In this document: one piece after another, positions 37,690 to 50,319 of the stretch | How positions within the stretch are numbered: the first letter of the stretch is position 1 | How the letters are laid out: each line of letters opens with the position of its first letter | Source of the DNA: Eledone cirrhosa | Taxonomy: Eukaryota | Length of the DNA stretch: 64,000 nt | Reading direction: 5' to 3' | Assembly (NCBI GenBank): GCA_964016885.1 | Contig: OZ024741.1 | Coordinates: 166,718,001 to 166,782,000, forward strand | Position numbers and translations under genes: made by a program | Notes under the pieces: model-generated | Database searches by the model: none | What the model was told of the DNA's origin: nothing | Seen by the model: only the letters and a program-made list of their open reading frames with translations

Positions 37690-38130
37690 GTATCAACATG
37701 TGATATCTCTCTCCACAAAGTTCCATCACCAGCAGCAAAGATCAAGTCTAGTCCATAAGTTGACATTGTCAAGCCATCGTTTTGGTTACCGGCCTCTGCT
37801 TCTCTTACCGGCTAACCTTCCTTCCAGACATAACCTACTCACACCACGTGTTGATCTCTTTATATGGCCGTATAGTTTGAGTACTCTTGACTTGACATTT
37901 GATGTAATTGGTCTAAGTTTACCAAACTGTTGAGCAACTCACTGATACAGATACGGTCGCTGAGCAGCTTGCCAGTCATAAGTCTCATGATGCAATTCTG
38001 GAATGTAGAGAGCTTCTGAAGTGACCTTGTCGTCCAATTAACACAGTCAAGACCGTATAACACAACTGGTAGGATGTAAGTATCAAAGATCTTAGTCTTC
38101 AAATGGTAGGAAACTCGTTTTGATCTCACG
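37690..38130 (-). mobile_element. RTE-like LINE 3' fragment
   Basis: KTKIFDTYILPVVLYG..W...LSTFQNCIMR, YGHIKR, G.R.RGR..KRWLD. Confidence 0.75.
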
Positions 38131-38149
38131 GATTACATTGGCGCAAATA

Positions 38150-38940
38150 GTACCAAAGAGTTTAAGGGAAGTCACCTCAAGAACATAGAGGTGATTCTCT
38201 ATGACCACTTCGTAATAAAATGTAATTCAATTGTATATTTCCATTTCAATGCCATCATAGTTTTGTTTTTATTAACGTTGCTCAGTGTCTGATACGTCTT
38301 AAATGCTGTCAGATCTAGTCGAGAAAGTGGAGGATTGCAATTTGAGATTCTTCTCTGGATTCTTCTCATTTTCTTTTCCACTCTTGATTTTTGCTAAAAG
38401 ATTTCATTTGCGATAGATTTGCGATGTAGTCTATATCTATTATTTCCCTTTGTACACCTTCCTTCGCTAATTCATCAGCTTCCCTATTTCCTCTAATATC
38501 TGTATAGCCTGGTATCCAAATCAATGTTATTTGTTTATTATTTTCTGAGAGATAGTTATCTATTCTTATCAGAGTACTCTCAATATCTCTAACCTGACCC
38601 ATTTTTCTTGATTGAAACAGTTCTAGGTTCGATAAACTATCAGTAAATAGGAAACCATTTTCCCAGGACATTTCTTTAGTTGAATCTATGGATGATATAA
38701 TTCCCCACCACTGTACGTCAAATATTATGAAATCACGATGTAATCTGAAGCTCATAACTCTATTATTATTTTTTAAAGGCCAAGTAGCTCCACACCCTAC
38801 TCCTTTGTCTGTGTGTACCCCATCTGTGTAACTGACCCAGTCGTTAAAACTGATTGATTGTGTGATAATGTTATGGAATTCTTTTGATTCCACTTTTAAG
38901 TTTTCAACCGTAATTTTAAACGATTTTAATTGTTCTACGA
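38150..38940 (-). mobile_element. RNase H domain fragment of a non-LTR retrotransposon (I/R1-like group)
   Basis: YTDG..GVGCG, FTDSLS, LIWIPGY.DIRGNREADELAK. Confidence 0.8.
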
Positions 38941-38955
38941 ATGGAGGACACACAC

Positions 38956-39054
<99 letters not shown>

Positions 39055-39139
39055 TATATATATATATTTATACACAGACACATGTATATATATGTATTAA
39101 TATATATATATGTATCTATATATACATACATGCATAAAA

Positions 39140-39211
<72 letters not shown>

Positions 39212-40089
39212 GTGTGTGCGTGTGTGTGTGTACGTGCGCGTGCGCGTGCGTGTGTGTATCTAAATTAAAAAGGATGATTTGTTGTCTTCATTACTTTTAT
39301 TGAGTAGTGACGCGCGTTTCGCTATTGATGAGCTCAAGGTTTGATCTGTATCGATCTAGCCCGACTCTGGAATCAAAAGCTAGTCGGACTTCTGTATATC
39401 CGTATGTGGTTGACATTCGAGAGAAAAGAATTAAAATATTCATTTTACTAAAGCTAAATAGTGACAAAACTCCCTATAACGACCGTTTCTGGTTCTTTAA
39501 TCGTTTTCAGAGGGGTTAACTCCACTTGGATGCTAAGACGAAAATGAACTAAAAGCTTACAGTATTTATGTTTATGAACATCGTCTGATGAAGTTCGAAT
39601 GCATACAGAATAAAATTCTGTTTAATATTTGATGGAAGCAACAGGGCATTCTCCCCACCGCCCCCGATAAATCTGGCCCTGTTTGAGGGGGAATACCCAT
39701 AGGAAAATATATATGAATGTAAAGTTTATACCAACAACAGGCTATATAGGCACACAGGAGCGACCACAGCAATGTTCAAGGATAGATTGTATACCCATTG
39801 CCACACGTTTAAAATGTTTGATAAGATAAAACGTACAGCCCTATCGGGATTAGTATGGGAGCTAAAACTAAGAAATAAATTATACTCCTTGTCGTTGTCT
39901 AAGATTAGATCTGTACAACCATAGACTGCTGGCTCGGCTATCTGCAACTTATGCGTAACAAAAACTATAAAATTAACAGAACAGACCGTTTTAGTACATG
40001 CCTCCATACACTAACTAGAACCTTCCTAAAAATCTATAGATAGTAGTCAAATAATTATCTCCTAGCTATAGGGCCTAAATTATTATTAT

Positions 40090-40742
40090 TGTAGATTGGC
40101 AGTATCGGTAGAGTGTCGGACACCATGCTTTGCAGTATAGAGTTACGGTCCTTTATGTTCTGAGTTCAAATCCCGCCGAGGTTAACTTTACCTTTCATCC
40201 TTACGGAGGTCGATAAAATAAGGTATCAGTCACGCACTGGGGTCGATTTAATCGACTTTTCCCCTCCCCCAAAATTGCTGGCCTTGTGCCTATATAAGAA
40301 ACAATTATTATTATTGTGGATTGGCAGTATCGATAGAGTGTCGGACGCTATGCTTTGCAGCATAGAGTTACGGCCCTTTATGATCTGAATTCAAATCCCG
40401 TCGAGGTCACCTTTGCCTATCATCCTTTCGGGGTCGATAAAATAAAGTAGCAGTCTTGTACAGGGTTTAGTTAATGAACTTTGCCTTTCCCTAAAAGGTT
40501 TGCTGACCTTGTGTCTAAATTAGTATTCTATGTAGGGTGGCGGGTTGGCAGTGTCGGGAGAGCGACAAATACTTGAAGGAATTTAGATACAACTTTTTAC
40601 GTTTTGATTTCAAATCCTGTCGAAGGTGACTTTGTCTTTTATCTTTCCGGGGTGGATTAAAATACCAGTTAAGTACTGGAGTCGATATAATCGATTTCCT
40701 CCTTCGCCATATTGCTAGGTCCGTGCCAATTTTAGAAAGAAT
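40090..40742 (+). mobile_element. Three tandem SINE copies
   Basis: Family consensus three times, separated by (ATT)n tails. Confidence 0.85.
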
Positions 40743-40903
40743 TATTAGTCATTTCCTCAGTTAGTTTAGCAAACAGATGGTTATTTAATTGTTAAATGTC
40801 TTTCGTCATACATTTTGTAGGTAAAAGAAAATCAAAACGGATAGGCGCCACAGAGCGGCAAAACTATTCATTGAGAAGGTCACGTAGATATAAATAATAG
40901 TCT

Positions 40904-40952
<49 letters not shown>

Positions 40953-40979
40953 GCACACATGCACATGCACACCCACACG

Positions 40980-41021
<42 letters not shown>

Positions 41022-41858
41022 ACACTCATATATATATATACAAAATTGAAATATGTAAAAAAATTACTGGTTGTCCTTTTTCATTTTTGTCTCGCTTACC
41101 CCTTTTCTCTCTCTCTATATATATACAAGTCTCTCTCTCGCTCTCTCTCTCTATATATATATATATATCTCTATATATATATATAGAGAGAGAGAGGGGA
41201 GAGAGAAGGAGAGAGAGGGATGGGAGAGCTTATATAGATAGAATTGTAGAAATTAGGGAAGCGAGAAACAAAAAATGAAAAAGGAAACCCAATATTTTTA
41301 TTTCCATTTTGTTTTTGTTTCTATTTTTATTATCATTATTATTATTATTAATATTATTATCATTATTATTATAGCAAGGATCGGTGGGGAGGGGGGTTGT
41401 GATAAACATATCTGATTACTCCCATGTGATACCCTTTTCTCTACATTCTAAGATAGTACTCAGGTGATGCTTTACACATGCGCAACTCGAGAAATCTGAG
41501 CTCATACCCTCAAACCACTCTCTTTCTCCACCCTTTTACTCTGCAGCTATATATGTTGTTGTTGTTAGACAGTGAAGTAGTTTCAGTAACAGTTGTAGGG
41601 CGACATCTATTAATAAGTTCTACCAACAGAATTGCCCCTACTTGCCCACCTGCCCACCACCAGCCTTGCAACCACCCAATCTCCTCTATACCACTATATA
41701 CCCCTTTATATACAACCTCCTCTATATACCCCACTATAAACTAAATACGAAAAGTATTTAGTTTTAGATATTCTTAATAGGTTTTATTTAAACAACAATA
41801 GAAATAATAGAAATATCATAATTACTATAGTCTAATTATAACTATTGGTTAATTAGGT

Positions 41859-41918
<60 letters not shown>

Positions 41919-41939
41919 ACCTAATTAACCAATAATTAT

Positions 41940-42332
41940 AATCGACCTTCCCCTCCCACAAATTGCTGGCCTTATGCTTAAATAAGATGTTTGTTCTAGC
42001 TCTTTATATTATCATTAATCCCGCCGAGGTCAACTTTGCCTTTCATCCTCACGGGGTCGATAAAATAAAGTACCAGTAATGCACTGGGATAATTGCTGGC
42101 CTTGTGCCAAATGTAGAAACAATTATTATTATTGTAAAAGGGCGGTGGATTAGCAATATCGGTAGAGGGTCGGACGCCATGCTTTGACACATAGAGTTAC
42201 GGCCCTTGCCATTCTGAGTTCAAATCCCGCCGAGGTTAACTTTGCCTTTCATCCTTACGGGGTCGATAAAATAAAGTACCAGTAATGCACTGGGTAATTG
42301 CTGGCCTTGTGCCAAAAGTAGAAACAATTATT
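41940..42332 (+). mobile_element. SINE cluster
   Basis: Family consensus: fragments plus one full copy. Confidence 0.85.
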
Positions 42333-42495
42333 ATTATTGTATATATATATTTATATATATATTTATAAAAGGTGTCTCAAAAAATTATAGACACTTTGAT
42401 TACCTGTACAGGCAATATTTATTAGAATGCTGTTGAAGTGTGTATAAATTTTTTGGGATACCCTGTATATGTATGTATATATGTATATTATATAT

Positions 42496-42579
<84 letters not shown>

Positions 42580-42699
42580 GTGTCTTTGATGAGTCGAAAC
42601 GTTCGAGACCAACAGTAGACAACTGAAGAGAGGATTTGTCCTTTGTGTTTTCCTTGTACTTTTAAACACTCGTTTTTATTGACCACACAGCATCTCGTC

Positions 42700-42801
<102 letters not shown>

Positions 42802-42832
42802 GGAGAGAAATAGATAGATATCGATATATATA

Positions 42833-45800
42833 CTAGCAGTTTAGCCCGGCGTTGCTCGGGTTTATTCATTTGCTATGAAAAGTTACATACAGGTAAACGT
42901 GGCTTGAAAGCGAATAAGCTTATCAATTAAGTGCATAAAGCAGTTGAACCGGTTATTAAAAGTTACGAACGAATTACCATTTTGGACAATCAATGATGGG
43001 TTAATAATCTTCCAATAGCGAATTTAGCAGACCAAAGTTGCAAGATGGTGGCTCTGATGCCGCTGGGTGTCAGATCTGTCCGCCATGGGTGACCCTACCA
43101 GGAAATAGTTTTCCAGACGGCATAGCTCCAACACCGCCAACACCTGCACCAACATCTATAGCACCTCTTTGTAGACGATATTGCGTGTCATCCCTTGAGG
43201 AGTGTAAGCAAAAAGTCCATTCCTGCTCCCTACGCGGGAACAGGCAACATAAAGTTGACCATGGGAGAAGCATGGCTCCCATAAATGGATGCCCGCCACC
43301 GACAATGTTTGCACTTGTGACTTGTTAATGGACATAGCAAAACATGGTCTCATCGGGAATTGGGATCGCCGGAAATCGAACGGGATATCTGATGCCGAGC
43401 GGAAAAGGTTCATCCTTGGAATGAAAACATTCTCCCCTCTCCCGCACACCGTTACAATGGTGGCCTCAATAGAGTGGGGCGTCAGTAACTTGACGACCAT
43501 GCGAGTACAGTTGCACTGTTTGGTGGACGCAAGTTCCTTATTAGCATAATGAGACAGCCAACCCTAAGCTTAAGAATGTGAAGTGGGAGCCCTGGTGGCT
43601 CAAGGGAATTTAATAACTCAACCGGATAATTAACGATATCGTCGGGGTCTGACGTCCGGTCGATAGATTTGAAGATGTGCTCTTTACCGGGAATTTTCTC
43701 AATCAGCTGCTCGTTAATAAAATTAACCATGGTATTTTTCGGAGCAAGGATGGCTTTAAAGTTAGATGAGATATTAGGAAAAACTGCCTCCCAAAGGTCA
43801 GAAGGGCTGCTCACAATGTTGCACAGGGAGTCGATTGCTATGCCGCCCTTGTCATCCGCAGGGACCTTGCCCTCATCAAGTGCTAAAATGTTCTGAGCAA
43901 ATGCTGCAGAGATGTTGTCACCATGCAAATGGGCACGCATATTTGTGCTCAGGTACAAACTCTTCACCTGGGGCCACAACGTGGACGACTTAAGGCAGGC
44001 ACGCACTTCATCAGCTCTTGTCCCTTTGGGGATGACAGGCAGCGTTTGCCGAAAATCCCCTGATAGCAGAAGGGTTACGCCACTCATAGGAGCCGTAGAA
44101 TCCCTAATGTCTTTCAGGGTCCAGTCCAATGCCTCATTGGCACCCTTGTGTCCCATTGTGCACTAATCCCAAACAATGAGGCAACATTTTTTGAGAACCA
44201 GAGCTTCGTGTGAGCTCTTGCTGATATTGCATGTTGGTGTCTCAGTTTTTACTAAATCCAAGGGGAGTTTAAAGGTTGAATGTGCTGTCCTGCCTCTCAG
44301 CAGCAAAGTAGCAGCGATCCCGGACGATGCAACGGCCAACGCAATTTTTTTCTCCTGACGAATCTTAGCGGGAATCAATTGTGTTACAAAAGTTTTTCCG
44401 GTACCCCCAGGAGCATCGAGAAAGTATATACCCCCAGTCTGTTTTTGAACCGCGTCAATGATAGTTAAATAGGCCAACCTTTGATCCGACAGACGTTTGG
44501 GCTCATTTTCCTCTAAGTATTGGGAAAGAGATTCGATGTCATATGCTGTTTCCCGCAACAAATCTCGATATCAATGAGTGCCCTGTTGTAGATAATGCCG
44601 CTGTAAGCAACTTCCACTGAAGGATACTGCAGATCAGCCAGCCGGAGGAAATCCTCAGACATGAAGTCTCTGTACTTGATCCATAAAGATTTGGGATCAC
44701 CCAATTCACACTTTTGAAGCAAAATGGCAAAGAGTTCCCGTAGACCTTTAGGTGATTTCAACAAAGTGAAATCCCATTGCGAATCATCTTCCAAAAGACC
44801 ACGCTTAAAGCAGGCTTCTCGGTACGTATCACATATTTCTCCATCAACAGTTTTGATGTCCTGAAAACTTTGTGGGCCTACAACTTCATGCAGGAGAAGG
44901 CGGAGATGAAAGCACTCATACTGACTTGGGGGCACAGTGTAAACCCTTCCAAGACAGCTGTCAAATTTTACACCAGGATGACTTTCTTCGCACCCAAGTG
45001 TTTTTCGACCATATAAAGTCGGATGGAACTTGGGGGTACACAATTGTTTGCACAAATGTATCGAACAGGCAAAGTTTGAAGAAACCCGACTGAGTGGTCT
45101 CTTTCGGATCGGCGGCCAACTTGGCGGCGGTTTGGTCCGTAAAATAAACTCTTTGCCCATTTTCCAAATGTACCGCAAGCTGTACGATAGCGGGGTGCCG
45201 TTGGTGTAGGGGGAAACTAAATAGGCGCCAAAAAGCTTCATTGCTACTGATGTACCGCCCCGCCAGGTATTCTGTGACCTCATCAGAGTCCGTTTTTACA
45301 TATTTGCATATGTATTTTATTGACTTGACGGAGTTGCAAAACTCAACGTTGACGTGGGCGTTGAACATCTTCAAGAGAAGCGAGCAGTAAGAGACCACCC
45401 ATCTATTGTCGACTTGACCTCCCTTTACTGTTGTGGTGAAGCCACCGCTCTAGGGCCGTCTCCGCCTGTACAAGGGGTACCCATCGCCACCAGTCTGAGT
45501 CTCGTCAACAAATTTTTTTGGGTATCCCTTACTGCACGACCCCCCTTTCAGACACGTGTGATGCTCATTAGGACCCGACGCACACGGACCATGTTAGCTT
45601 TGACGATGTCATGTAATTCTTGGTCAGTTGCTGGGTTAGGGATTTCAGCCGAAATGAAGCTGTCTATGGCATTTGAACTGATTTTATCAGCTAACCAAAT
45701 CAAAATGTGAGCATGTGGCAGCCCTCGTTTTTGCCATTCGACGGTGAACATGTCACATTTTACAGCCCCAAATACCTGACCTTTTTATTAAAGCCATGAG

Positions 45801-46798
45801 TTTACCAGTTTCAGTCTGAACACTCTGGCAATGAGGTCATGTCTGTTCGAATAATTTTGCCCAGGAAAATGTTCACGGGTTACATTCCGATTCATATGTC
45901 TATAGCATTAATCTGTTATATGAAGTGTTATTTTTCGGGTTGTTATTTGCAATAAACCGATTGAAAATGCTCCAGATAAGCCGTATGCCAATACGGAACG
46001 CTCAATACGGAACGCTCCACTGCAGTGTTGTCATATAGGGAGTGAAGAGCGACAGAGAGAGTAAAGCAGTTAAATTATAGAGAGGGGGAATATACGGAAC
46101 GCTCCATTTGATCATATACATTGTTTCTCTCTCTGCAGTGTTGTCATATAGGGAGTGAAGAGCGACAGAGAGAGAGAGAGAGTAAAGCAGTTAAATTATA
46201 GAGAAGTCGTTATTGTTGCATTTGTTGTTTTATAAATTCATCTGTTGCTTTTGAATATTTGTTATTTGATGTAAAATGTAACGTTGAGAGAGCAGTATGT
46301 ATTTAGTGTTATCGGCTTTTTAAATTTTGATATTTGATGTATGAGTGTCTTTATGACTGTAGAGAGGGGGAATAATCTATTGTAGAGAGAGGGAAGAGCG
46401 ACGGAGAGAGTAAAGCTATGGTTGTTGTGTTGCTTAGGTTTCAAAGTTTGTGTCGCATTCCTTCAAAAGAAGTTTTGTTGTTCTAAACTGTACAGGGTAG
46501 TAGACGGAGGCAGTAACCTTTTAAAGAGAGTTGCAACATGTATGTAGTTTCATATATTTTTGATGGTAGTAGTGAGAGGAATGAAGCGTGTAAGAGAGAG
46601 GGTTACAGCATGTATTTAGTTTTATCGATGTGTTTCATAGAAGCAGGACATTTTTGGCAAAAATAATTACGTGCTGACCTGCCCTGGTAAATTTAGAGCA
46701 CATTGGAAAAAAATTCATCAAAATCGGTAGAGAAATGTGGAAATGCATAAAAATCATACACACACACAGACAGACATCTACCGTTTTATATATATAGA
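42833..46798 (-). mobile_element. Internally deleted Helitron with Rep/Pif1 helicase pseudogene
   Basis: 5' A|TCTATATATATAAAA at 46798; 3' hairpin CCCGAGCAACGCCGGG and CTAG|T at 42833. Rep motif EWQKRGLPHAHILIW. Helicase motifs FLDAPGGTGKTF, AVASSGIAATLL, GRTAHSTFKLP, GDFRQTLPV, QFP..FAMSINKSQ, HGQLYVACSRV. Fragmented by stops and frameshifts. Confidence 0.95.
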
Positions 46799-46803
46799 TA
46801 TAT

Positions 46804-48436
46804 ATATTGTTATAATTGGGGAGGGTCATATTTGTGTAATAATATTGCCAGAATTAATAACAGAACACACTCACTGTTTGGTTGGTTTTCGCTTCTGTGT
46901 CTTTTATATCGGTTAATTTAATTTATTCGGTCCCCAATGTTACCATTGACTGACCAACGGTAAAAAATACAGATATAATATAGACACAAACACATATATA
47001 TAGTCTAACAAAGTACTTTCGTTGTACATCTGCAACATCGTCAGTGGTGCTATTATGTTTCCTCCCGTTGTATTGTATGCCTACGCCATCTTTATTTAGT
47101 CTGTTTATTTATTTATTTATTTATTTATTTATTATTATTTTTTGTCTTCTCTGCGCATGCGTTTGCATGTGTGTATAGTGTTTGATGTGTGTTTGTGTTT
47201 GGGTGACTGTATATTGGTAATTGTATTCTATCTTAGTTTACTAGTGTGTGTTTATATGTGTTTGTTGTTATTGCGCTTGTGTATGTATTTATTTATTTAC
47301 TTATTTATACTTCTCTTAGGTCAGTATTGTTTTTTTGGGTGTTGTTATTCCATTCATTTTTTCTGTTTAGCCTTGGCCTTCTAAGTTCTATTACGCTGGC
47401 CTCTCTGATTTGCCTATCTGCTGGGTCATTTCTATGTTTATATATTATTCTAATTTCTATGTTGTCTATGTTACCGTCGTGTTGTTGTCTGGCATGTTCG
47501 TATAGTACTGAACCGTTTTTTCGTCCTTTTAGTTACCCCCAGTGTTGGTCTATCCTTTCACCTATGCTACGAGCTGTCTCGCCTATGTATGTTGTCATGT
47601 TTCTGCAAGTACCCTCTGTACATCTTATGCTATAGTCTAGTTTCTAGTTTTACAGTTTATCCGGGGGTTTACTTTACATATAATACATTTCCTATTAGTA
47701 CAGTGGGTTTTCTTAAAAGGGTAGGTTTTGCTGATCAGGGATTTTATGGTGGTTCCTTGCTTTTCTACCACCTTAATCTTTAAGTGGGTCTTTGTCATGG
47801 CCTTTCTACACTGGTTAGCTAATTTCCCTCCAGGGGTAGCGTCCACAAACATGACACTCTGGTATCTCTGGTTGTCGTACCATGAGGTGGCTTTCCCTAT
47901 CTTATGTCTAGTCCTATCTAAGCTATTCCATGATTTGGTCCTGTATAATGGGCAAATTCCTTTCATGTCCAGTTCTATGAGGGTCTTATGCCAACAAACA
48001 CATTTAAACACACACTAGTATACTAAGATAGAATACAATAACCAATACACAGTCACCCAAACACGAACACACATCAAACACTATACACACACGCAAACGC
48101 ATGCGCAGAGAAGACAAAAGAAAGAAAATAAATAAACAGACTAGATAAAGATGGCGTAGGCATACAATACAACGAGAGGAAACATAATAGCACCACTGAC
48201 GATGTTGCAGATGTACAACGAAAGTACTTTGTTAGACTATATATATGTGTTTGTGTCTATATTATATGTGTATTTTTGACCGTTGGTCAGTCAATGGTAA
48301 CATTGAGGACCGAATAAATTAAATTAACCGATATAAAAGACACAGAAGCGAAAACCAACCAAACAGTGAATGTGTTCTGTTATTAATTCTGGCAATATTA
48401 TTACACAAATATGACCCTCCCCAAGTATAACAATAT
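46804..48436 (-). mobile_element. 5'-truncated Penelope-like element (GIY-YIG 3' end) bracketed by about 450-bp inverted pLTRs
   Basis: Minus: FVDATPGGKLA..KIKVVEKQG..C..C..C..C, then after a frameshift YSIRC..C..YIGETARSIGERIDQH..RQIREA..I..RPRLNRKNEW. 46804-47267 is the reverse complement of 47992-48436. Confidence 0.9.
48187..48240 (+). ncRNA. Hammerhead-like motif in the PLE pLTR (mirror copy at about 47000-47053, minus strand)
   Basis: CTGACGA-T-GTTG/CAAC-GAAA-GTAC-TT; stem III lies within the palindrome AAAGTACTTT; stem I is weak. Confidence 0.55.
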
Positions 48437-48530
48437 TTGTTTCGACACACGATTTCATATCAAAAACCTCGCAAAACTAATATATATATATATATATGTT
48501 TGGATTCTGTCGATCGATTGGTTATTGATT

Positions 48531-48653
48531 AGGCGATACCCGCTGATGAAGCCGCATAAGCCGATTGTGCATTGTTGCATAATATATGCAGACAGATGGT
48601 GCAGTGCACCTTACTGCTGCATTAGTGCGGCAGAAACTCGAGTCCGGGAACCT
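48531..48653 (+). ncRNA. Type I hammerhead ribozyme with long branched stem II
   Basis: CCCG-CTGATGA(48543-49)-A-GCCGCA...TGCGGC-A-GAAA(48633-36)-CTCGAG-TC-CGGG. GUC triplet, predicted cut after 48644; distal AGG/CCT pairing. Confidence 0.78.
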
Positions 48654-49005
48654 TATAGGCACCCGTTTTACGTGTGTTGTGTTGAGGCAAATAACTATGT
48701 GTATACTCTGGTAATGTATCTTACATTGCCCATTGAGTGCGCTGAGATACAACCGGTACTGGCATTGATAAATATGCTGGGTCCGTCACCACAGACCCTC
48801 CATCTCAACTCACCTTTTGAAAAGCAGAAGAACTGCGAAACCGGTAAAGGAACCAAATAAATATATATATTTAAAAAAAAAATAAGACTTCAGTTGCATT
48901 TTCGATTTCATCCCTTTTTCTTTATACTTCCACTCGTGTAGGACACCTCGGTTATTTTTCATTTTGTAAAAAAAACCTCACTTTCTAATATATATATATA
49001 TATAT

Positions 49006-49084
49006 ATAGGAACCAGTAAGACCCCGACAGCTGAGCTCAAGCCGTTTCGACGGCTAATTCTGTCGGGGTCTTACTGGTTCCTAT
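49006..49084. repeat. 25-bp perfect inverted repeat enclosing a TTCG-capped hairpin
   Basis: ATAGGAACCAGTAAGACCCCGACAG and CTGTCGGGGTCTTACTGGTTCCTAT around AGCCGT-TTCG-ACGGCT. Confidence 0.85.
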
Positions 49085-49160
49085 TACCCACTCTACTACC
49101 TCAAGTATTGAGTACTTTGGTGCGTTATGGTCCACCTGGTTCCTTACCACATTTCCTTCG

Positions 49161-49214
<54 letters not shown>

Positions 49215-49258
49215 AAGTTAAATAAAAGTCAAATGATTAAAATTTAGTTTCGTTTATT

Positions 49259-49313
49259 ACTGCTATATATATTTGAGTGACAGCCATCTTTGGCTGTGAC
49301 CTCTTGAGGCAGT
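49259..49313 (-). ncRNA. Inactivated hammerhead motif (relative of 32808-32863)
   Basis: ACTGC-CTCAAGA-stem II-CAAA-TATATA-TA-GCAGT; both core segments mutated. Confidence 0.5.
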
Positions 49314-49424
49314 TTGAATTAGTATGGTATAGACAAGTACATATGTTGTTTAGGTGTATGATATTGTCAATACTGTGATATGCCCAGTTCCTTGTTGGGT
49401 TGTTAATTCACTGGGGAACTGGAG

Positions 49425-49489
<65 letters not shown>

Positions 49490-49572
49490 CATATATATGT
49501 ATGTGTGTGTTTGTGTGTGTGTGTAAATAAATTTTTATTAACTGATGCGGCTGGTATCACTCATTCGGAAAT

Positions 49573-49644
49573 CTTCTTCTTCTTCTTCTTCTTCTTCTTC
49601 TTCTTCTTCTTCTTCTTCTTCTTCTTCTTCTTCTTCTTCTTCTT

Positions 49645-49675
<31 letters not shown>

Positions 49676-49720
49676 ATCTTCTTCTTCTTCTTCTGTTGCT
49701 GTTGCTGTTGCTACTGCTGT
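49573..49720. repeat. (CTT)n/(GCT)n microsatellite
   Basis: Seen directly. Confidence 0.95.
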
Positions 49721-50319
49721 GGGTCTGGCAGAAAAAAAAAAATCATTTTTTAACCTCTATTCTGTTACACTGAATGAAAGCACAGACAAATATTCATTAG
49801 AGTTGTTTGGCATCTACAGATACAGTCTTCAATAACTATATAACATTAGCAATAAAAAGAACTAAAGTAATTTATCAGTAATTATGTCGATACCTAATCT
49901 TTATATTATCTAATTAATCTAATATTATGTATGGGGAAAGAAATGGAAAACAACAAATCAAACAATACAGTACAATGAAGATATATATTAGTTTCACACT
50001 TGATATAATAGGAAAAGAGTCTTAATGTTTCAGATTTATCTGAGTGGGGGTGAAGATTTCGATAATAAAATCATAGGTGTTGGCTACAAAATTGATACTT
50101 GTATGTTGGTGACACTCTGTAGCACACAACACCCAAGGATATCTGCTGCATGAAAACTTAATCATAAAATAGGCGGTGGTATTCTTGATGTAATTAGATA
50201 ATGAATTTTAATTAACAAAAATTATGCTTTTTGTAATGATAATACTTACTGTCTAAATAATTAATTCACAAAGTATGGTTCCAAAGGGAAGAAACACGCT
50301 AGAAGCATACAAGATTATA

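Noticed and set aside
39572-40007. Coding-looking minus-strand ORFs
   Set aside because: Short and overlapping, with no recognisable motif or convincing splice sites.
42582-42610. TTGATGAGTCGAAACGTTC hammerhead-like motif (also weak ones near 8225, 39585 and 54535)
   Set aside because: Core or stems are too degenerate to call.
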